NCBI GenBank assembly: GCA_040905565.1
Contig: JBBDRF010000028.1
Coordinates: forward strand, 1-46,607
Length of the DNA: 46,607 nt
Origin: Phycisphaeraceae bacterium
GTDB lineage: Bacteria; Planctomycetota; Phycisphaerae; Phycisphaerales; Zrk34
Direction: 5' to 3'
The translations under genes were made by a program, and so were the position numbers. This document shows positions 41,121 through 46,607 of the stretch, in pieces. Numbering within the stretch: position 1 is the first letter of the stretch; each line of letters opens with the position of its first letter. The notes below the pieces were generated by a model. That model did not search any database and was not told where the DNA came from. It saw only the letters and a program-made list of their open reading frames with translations.

Positions 41121-41194
41121 AACACTCCCCCCCGCGAAGCCCACGGCGTACCGCCGCGGGATCTTCCCCTCACCGTGCCACCCGCTCAAGATAC
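41121..41194. repeat. Direct repeat copy 2, overlapping the stop codon of the upstream gene
   Basis: GAAGCCCACGGCGTACCGCCGCGGGAT hairpin; the minus strand encodes YLERVAR*. Confidence 0.85.
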
Positions 41195-42159
41195 CGCCTC
41201 AGCGCCACGACCGCCGGGTCACCGCTGCCGCGCAACTGATCCAGCGTCGCACGGGCGTGTTCCATCTGCCCAAGCGTCGTATGCAGACCCGCTCGCAAGA
41301 AGACCACCTCGTCCGCCTCCAGCTCAGCAGGCGGCTCCTCCTCGAACATGAAAATCAGCCGTGTGATCTGACGCTCAAGCGAACGATCGACCGGGGCCGC
41401 CGCCAGGGCTGCGGGATCCAGCAGCACCGCTTCACGCATCGCCGCCAGCGCCGCTTCGTAATCCTCATCCTGCGCCACCGCAAGTGCATACCCGAGCTGC
41501 GCGCCCGGCGAATCCGGATTTCGCTGTATCTCCTCACCGAACACGTTGCGAGCGTCGGCTGCATTGCCCGTGCGGAGCAGGTCCCACGCGTCGCCTCGCC
41601 GAACCGCCGTGTCGCCCTGATCCAGATACGGATACTGGTAAACACGCGGCTGCGGCGGCGTCGCCGGGGCGGCCGGCGTGTAACGATCACGATAAATGTA
41701 GACCTCTTCACGCGGCGCCAAACGGTTGTACTCACGCCTGTAAGACGGACTCGGCGGCAGAATCCGCGGCGAACGGTAGCCGTAATCGTAAATCCGCGAA
41801 TGCGAGTACCAAGGCACCTGGTACGAATAGTCGTAGTAATACAGGCTCGAAGGCGGGATCACGCGATGGTACCCGTAGTGCCGATCCAGCAGCCGACGTC
41901 TTGGAATGTGGTAACGGTGGTCCAGCCGATGCCGGGGCGAAATGTAATTTCGATCGTGAAGCGAGTGTCGATCGTGAAGCGAATGCCGGCTTGAAAGCGA
42001 GGTCCGCCCACTGCCGAAGTGCAGCCCAAGCGACAAGCCGCTGGAACTGCGGGCATGACCGCGGCCGTCCCGGGCCTCAGCCACGGTCGCGGGGACAAAT
42101 AAACCAACTGCAAGGACGACGACACCCAGAAAGCCGATCGAGGTAAGCGAACGGAACAT
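41170..42159 (-). CDS. Secreted protein with R/H/Y/S-rich low-complexity region and C-terminal TPR-like helices
   Basis: GGAGG RBS, signal peptide (AEA-R), RHSLHD repeats, helical TPR-like C-terminus (AWDLLRTG...ARNVF...P...AQLGYALA). Confidence 0.75.
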   Translation of the reverse strand: MFRSLTSIGFLGVVVLAVGLFVPATVAEARDGRGHARSSSGLSLGLHFGSGRTSLSSRHSLHDRHSLHDRNYISPRHRLDHRYHIPRRRLLDRHYGYHRVIPPSSLYYYDYSYQVPWYSHSRIYDYGYRSPRILPPSPSYRREYNRLAPREEVYIYRDRYTPAAPATPPQPRVYQYPYLDQGDTAVRRGDAWDLLRTGNAADARNVFGEEIQRNPDSPGAQLGYALAVAQDEDYEAALAAMREAVLLDPAALAAAPVDRSLERQITRLIFMFEEEPPAELEADEVVFLRAGLHTTLGQMEHARATLDQLRGSGDPAVVALRRYLERVAR

Positions 42160-42331
42160 GGCGTGCCTCCAGAAAGGAGTGGGGGGGGGCGAAAGTGTGT
42201 ATACGTATCATAGCCCACCTCATGCGCCACAGCCCGCACTTTTTCCCCGCACCCCCAATCACCAATAGCCGCGAGTCTACGACTCGCCGGGTCCCCCACA
42301 CACCCAACATTTCCCCGTTAAAATGCTACCC

Positions 42332-43816
42332 ATGATGGACGCCCAAGAAATCCAACGACTCATCCAACTCGACCACGCACACGTCTGGCACCCCTTCACG
42401 CCCATGCGCCAGTGGCGAGAATCCGACCCCATCATCATCGAATCAGGCGACGCGGAATTCCTCTTCGACGTCCACGGAAAACGCTACATAGACGGTGTTT
42501 CCAGCCTCTGGGCCAACGTCCACGGCCATCGTGTCAAAGAGATCGACGACGCCATCCGCGCCCAGCTCGACCGCGTCGCCCACTCCACCATGCTCGGCCT
42601 CGCCAACGTCCCCGCCACCGAATTGGCCGGCGAACTCGTCGCCATGACGCCAGGCGATCTCACCCGCGTCTTCTATACAGACAGCGGCGCCACTGCCACC
42701 GAAGTGGCTTTCAAAATGGCTGTTGGATACTGGTTCCACCGCGGGCAGGATCAGCGGCACACCTTCCTCGCGCTCACCGGTGCTTACCACGGCGACACCA
42801 CCGGCGCCATGAGCGTCGGCTACAGCGACCTGTTCCACCGCCCATTCCGACGCATGACCTTCCAAACGGAATTCGTTGACCCGCCACATATTACGTACGA
42901 TTCCACCCGGGCTGCGGAAAAGGTGGGGGAGCGGCGACGGTGGCCGCTGGAGGATGATCAGCGTTGCGCCAAGGCCGTCGCTGAGGCGCTTGCCGCTCTC
43001 GATGCGAAGCTCTGCGAAGTTGGCGGGGCGACGGCGGGCATCGTCCTCGAACCGCTGGTGCAGGGCGCTGCGGGCATGGTGATGCAGCCCCCGGCTTACG
43101 TGCAAGGCGTGGCGGAACTGGCGAAAAAGCACGGCACGCTGCTCATCGTTGACGAGGTCGCCACCGGGTTCGGCCGCACCGGCGAGATGTTCGCATGTGA
43201 CCGCGCGGGCATCAAACCCGATCTCCTCTGCCTCGGCAAAGGCTTAAGCGGCGGCTACTTACCCGTCGCCGCGACGTTGTGCACCGAGGAAATCGGCCAG
43301 GCTTTCGAAGGCGAACTCGGGGAGCATCGCACGCTCTACCACGGCCACACGTTCACCGGAAACCCGCTCGGCTGTGCCGCTTCACTCGCCTCAATCAAGC
43401 TCCTCCAACGCGAAGGCATGATGGCCGAAGTGCGGGAAAAAGCGGGGATGCTCGCACGCTTGCTCGACCCGCTTCGCGATGCCGACGGGTTCCCGCAGGT
43501 CGTCGACGTCCGCCAGTGCGGCCTCATGCTCGGCATCGAACTGCACGCCCCCCCCACCAAAGTCGCAGGCAACACGGCGGGACAAGATGGGGGGGGCGCG
43601 CTCGGTGATTTCGGGGAGACGGCGTCGCCGGCCGCGCCGGGTCAGACCATCCGCCGACCGGCCTACGAGGCATGCATGCGCGCGCGCGACGAAGGGCTTT
43701 TGATTCGTCCGCTGGGCAATGTGATCATCCTGATGCCGCCGCTGGCCATCCGACGGGAAAGCCTGGAACAACTGGCCGAAACGACGATCAATGCCATCGA
43801 AATGACGACTTACTGA
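42332..43816 (+). CDS. bioA: Adenosylmethionine--8-amino-7-oxononanoate aminotransferase
   Basis: VWHPFT, SSLWANVHGH, DSGATATEVAFKMA, YHGDT, EPLVQGAAGM, DEVATGFGRTG, GKGLSGGYLP, HGHTFTGNP, RPLG. Confidence 0.92.
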   Translation: MMDAQEIQRLIQLDHAHVWHPFTPMRQWRESDPIIIESGDAEFLFDVHGKRYIDGVSSLWANVHGHRVKEIDDAIRAQLDRVAHSTMLGLANVPATELAGELVAMTPGDLTRVFYTDSGATATEVAFKMAVGYWFHRGQDQRHTFLALTGAYHGDTTGAMSVGYSDLFHRPFRRMTFQTEFVDPPHITYDSTRAAEKVGERRRWPLEDDQRCAKAVAEALAALDAKLCEVGGATAGIVLEPLVQGAAGMVMQPPAYVQGVAELAKKHGTLLIVDEVATGFGRTGEMFACDRAGIKPDLLCLGKGLSGGYLPVAATLCTEEIGQAFEGELGEHRTLYHGHTFTGNPLGCAASLASIKLLQREGMMAEVREKAGMLARLLDPLRDADGFPQVVDVRQCGLMLGIELHAPPTKVAGNTAGQDGGGALGDFGETASPAAPGQTIRRPAYEACMRARDEGLLIRPLGNVIILMPPLAIRRESLEQLAETTINAIEMTTY

Positions 43817-43875
43817 GCGAAACGTTTCGGCGCTCAAAAACGGTATTACAGGCGATAAATGACGATTGATCGTCG

Positions 43876-44904
43876 TTAGAAGCGGTCTTTGGCGGTGATC
43901 GGGCGGGTGACTTTGAGGGCCCGGTTGCCTTTGAACTGACCGAGGTTGGCGAGGAACTTTTTGCGGCCTTCCACCGCCAGGACCACCGGCTGACTCGCCG
44001 GCTTGTCGGTCATGATCAGGTCCCCCGGTGCCATGTTCAGCAGATCTTCCAACGTGATTGTCGTCTCCGCCAGCACCGCAGTGGACACGACCGAGGCCCG
44101 ATCCAGCCCCGAAGCCAGGCGATTGCGCGTCGTATCATTCTGCCGACCACGCTTGTACGCACCCCATGTCTGGCTGGCGAGTTTGTCGACCAACGGCTCA
44201 ATCACATTGAAGGGAATGCACAGGCTCATCGACCCGGCGCGGGCGCCCATCTTCAACTCAAAGCCAATGACCACAACGACTTCGTTCGGCGGGACAATCT
44301 GCACCAGCTGCGGGTTCGACTCGGTATCTTCCAGTTTGAAGTTGATCGGCGAGACGCTGGCCCAGGCTTCGGAGAGTGCGGTGACGGCCCGGTCGGTGAT
44401 CTTGCTGACCAGCCTTTGCTCGATCTGCGTGAGCGGCCGCTGCGGGATGAACAGGTCCGCGTTGGAGCCGCCTAGCAGGCGATCGATGATCGGGTAAATG
44501 ATCAGCGGGCTGATTTCGAGGCAGATTTCGCCTTCGAGCGGCTCGCACGAGAGCAGATTGTAGCTGGTGGGGTTGGGCAGATTTTTCGTAAACTCGCCGT
44601 AGGTAAGCTGTTCGATGTTGGCGACGGTGACTTCGACGATGGTGCGGAGGAACCCGCTGAGCGCGATGCCGAAGCTGCGTGAGAACGAATCGTGCAACTG
44701 CTCGAGTGCCCGCATCTGGTCCTTGCTGACGCGTTCGGGGCGTTTGAAATCGTAGGGGCGGATTTCGAGGTTGGCCGACTTGCGATTGCGGTTCGTAAAT
44801 ATCTGTGACGCATCGGTGTTATCGCCGATCGCTTCGCTGCCTTCTTCGCCTGATATCGCAGCGAGAAGGGCGTCTACTTCGTTTTGATCGAGTACGTCGG
44901 CCAT
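43876..44904 (-). CDS. fliM: Flagellar motor switch protein FliM
   Basis: MADVLDQNEVDALL CheY-binding peptide, YDFKRPERVSKDQMR, DRLLGG, ESNPQLVQIVPPNE, C-terminal SpoA domain. Confidence 0.95.
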   Translation of the reverse strand: MADVLDQNEVDALLAAISGEEGSEAIGDNTDASQIFTNRNRKSANLEIRPYDFKRPERVSKDQMRALEQLHDSFSRSFGIALSGFLRTIVEVTVANIEQLTYGEFTKNLPNPTSYNLLSCEPLEGEICLEISPLIIYPIIDRLLGGSNADLFIPQRPLTQIEQRLVSKITDRAVTALSEAWASVSPINFKLEDTESNPQLVQIVPPNEVVVVIGFELKMGARAGSMSLCIPFNVIEPLVDKLASQTWGAYKRGRQNDTTRNRLASGLDRASVVSTAVLAETTITLEDLLNMAPGDLIMTDKPASQPVVLAVEGRKKFLANLGQFKGNRALKVTRPITAKDRF

Positions 44905-45037
44905 GTCACTTTTTTATCGGGCGGCGGCGGCGGGGGACTTCAACGCGGCGCGAAGAAGATTTCAACCGACGGGATGATATCATGTTCCACGCCGTAACCC
45001 CCAACCGCTGTTTCTGTTCGGATCGGAACCTTGCCTG

Positions 45038-45850
45038 ATGAGTTTGCTGGATAAGCTTGAGAGAAAATACGGCCGTTACGGCGTGCCTCACGTCACGGAA
45101 ATGCTGATTGGCGGGCAGGTTCTGTTCATCGGTGTGGCCTTGAGCCAGCCGGATCTGCTCGACCGCCTGGCGCTTTCACGCGATGCCCTGGCAGCTGGGG
45201 AGCTGTGGCGGCTGGTGACGTTTCTGCTGATCCCGCCTTCGACGAACATCCTCTTCGCCGTCATCGCATGGTTCATTTTTTACCTGTTCGGCAGCTCGCT
45301 GGAGCAGACGTGGGGGGCATTCCGCTACAACGTTTACCTGCTGCTGGGCTACGTCGCGACGGTGCTGGCGGCCCTGTTTTTACCGCTGTTCGGCGACCCG
45401 GGGCTGGTGACGAACCACTTCCTGGGGCTGTCGGTTTTCCTGGCGTTCGCGTACCTGAATCCGAACTTTACGATCCTGCTGTTCTTCATCATTCCGGTGA
45501 AGGTGAAGTGGCTGGCGCTGATCAGCTGGGTGTTCGTGGGGGCGGCGGTGCTGGCGGGGCCGATGGGCGCGAAGCTTGCGGCGGTGGCTTCGGTGGCGAA
45601 CTTTCTGATCTTCTTCTCCGCGAGCATCGTGCGAAGCTTGCGGGGCAAACGGCGGGAATCGGTCAGGCGGATGGAAGCCGCGGCGGCGGCGGAGGAGCCG
45701 TTCCATCGCTGCACGAGCTGCGGGGCGACGGACAAGAGCGACCCGGACCTGGAGTTTCGCTACTGCCCGACGTGCGCGGGGTCGCTTTGCTACTGCGAGC
45801 ATCACATCTTCGATCATGAGCATGTGAGGGAAGAGGAAAATGCTCAGTGA
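45038..45850 (+). CDS. Rhomboid-fold membrane protein (no obvious catalytic dyad) with C-terminal Cys/His zinc finger
   Basis: GELWRLVTF, multiple TMs, IPVKVKW; C-terminal HRCTSCG...CPTC...YCEHH...H. Confidence 0.8.
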   Translation: MSLLDKLERKYGRYGVPHVTEMLIGGQVLFIGVALSQPDLLDRLALSRDALAAGELWRLVTFLLIPPSTNILFAVIAWFIFYLFGSSLEQTWGAFRYNVYLLLGYVATVLAALFLPLFGDPGLVTNHFLGLSVFLAFAYLNPNFTILLFFIIPVKVKWLALISWVFVGAAVLAGPMGAKLAAVASVANFLIFFSASIVRSLRGKRRESVRRMEAAAAAEEPFHRCTSCGATDKSDPDLEFRYCPTCAGSLCYCEHHIFDHEHVREEENAQ

Positions 45851-45892
45851 GGAATGGGCGGTGCTTAAGGATCGTGTGGTGTTGAACGTCGG

Positions 45893-45921
45893 ACCGCTCC
45901 CTTACGGTCGCGGCTCGTGTT
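45893..45921 (-). repeat. REP-like element, family A (inverted orientation)
   Basis: Reverse complement of ACGAGCCGCGACCGTAAGGGAGCGGT. Confidence 0.8.
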
Positions 45922-45951
45922 GGGCTTTATTTGGGGGGGAGGAGCTTGCTG

Positions 45952-46278
45952 ATGTTTTTTGATGCTGCGGCTGTGGCTGATTTTGGTGATGAGAAGATGC
46001 GGAAGGTGAATTTGTTTGAGTCGCCTCGGATGTTTTGTGATGTTTACTGTTTGAAGCCGGGGCAGGCGCAGAAGGATCACGACCATGCGGCGAACGACAA
46101 GGTTTATCACACCCTGACGGGGAAGCCGACCGTGCGGATTGGGGAGGAGACGCGTGAGCTTCCGGCAGGTCAGACGGCGGTGGCGCCGGCGGGTGTGATT
46201 CACGGCGTGCGCAATGACAGTGATGAGAACGTCACGCTGCTGGTGATGATGGCGCCGCATCCGAGTTTGGGGGAGTAA
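45952..46278 (+). CDS. Cupin domain protein
   Basis: GGAGGAG RBS; LKPGQ...HDH...DK and APAGVIHGVRN cupin motifs. Confidence 0.88.
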   Translation: MFFDAAAVADFGDEKMRKVNLFESPRMFCDVYCLKPGQAQKDHDHAANDKVYHTLTGKPTVRIGEETRELPAGQTAVAPAGVIHGVRNDSDENVTLLVMMAPHPSLGE

Positions 46279-46298
46279 GCGGGGGGAGGGGGAGGGGA

Positions 46299-46421
46299 TA
46301 ACCACAGAGGCACAGAGGGGGAGGAGGTAGGAAAAAGGCAGAGGGGGGGGCGAATTCCTGATTTTCTAATGTCTTATTTTTAGCTTGTTTTACCTCATCT
46401 TCCTCTGTGCCTCTGTGGTTA
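46299..46421. repeat. 123-bp element with perfect 20-bp terminal inverted repeats (MITE/REP-like)
   Basis: TAACCACAGAGGCACAGAGG (46299-46318) ... CCTCTGTGCCTCTGTGGTTA (46402-46421) around a purine-rich then AT-rich core. Confidence 0.75.
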
Positions 46422-46607
46422 ATTTTCCTGATTACGCCGCCGAAGTCGGAGGGAGGTGGTGGGGAGCAAGGCGATAAGGCGCGCCGTTGACCACGAGCCG
46501 CGCACGTGACGGTTTTTTTCATCTGTTGCGTAAGTGGTTGATTTTCGCCGGTAGGAGCTATAACCGAAAGTCGTGTTTTGGCTGAATGAAAAAAGGCGGC
46601 GTACCTT

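Noticed and set aside
40409..41194. Integron attC interpretation of the cassette repeats
   Set aside because: No RYYYAAC/GTTRRRY core pair bounding the hairpins and no integrase; kept as a non-integron cassette finding
46483..46519. Fourth REP family A copy or riboswitch
   Set aside because: Only ACGAGCCGCG matches; better read as a weak hairpin with a T-tract, and no aptamer was recognised

Overview
GC-rich bacterial DNA. The gene content (DUF1559-type prepilin/H-X9-DG proteins, PVC-type heme-binding CxxCH proteins, DUF1501, PEP-CTERM proteins with planctomycete dockerin-like repeats, a TsaC-phosphatase fusion before rpiB) points to Planctomycetota, probably Phycisphaerae (inference). Left to right: a decayed group II intron RT fragment; a ~17 kb LacI-associated carbohydrate/sugar-acid utilisation region (SDR, two modular cytochrome c/beta-propeller proteins, beta-helix protein, LacI, prepilin, PEP-CTERM protein, Asp-box propeller, Gfo/Idh/MocA, GH-like propeller); a Glu-His-Ser subtilase with VPLPA-CTERM; a divergon with two tandem Fur-like boxes (PEP-CTERM/dockerin protein + prepilin on one side; DUF4920-like lipoprotein + di-heme peroxidase + His-rich class II cytochrome c on the other); a frameshifted Ca/cation antiporter; a 936-aa unknown protein; a coupled SDR-SIS-MetE-like-MBL-Gfo-Gfo catabolic operon; DUF1501; rhomboid, rpiB, tsaC-PTP; a one-gene insert bounded by a ~70-bp duplication of a host gene's 3' end; bioA, fliM, a rhomboid-like protein and a cupin. 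Several REP/MITE-like palindrome families, candidate leaderless promoters and a visible C-to-G strand-skew switch near 43 kb are also present. No tRNA, rRNA, CRISPR array or intact transposase was seen. Family assignments come from motif recognition by eye, not database searches.
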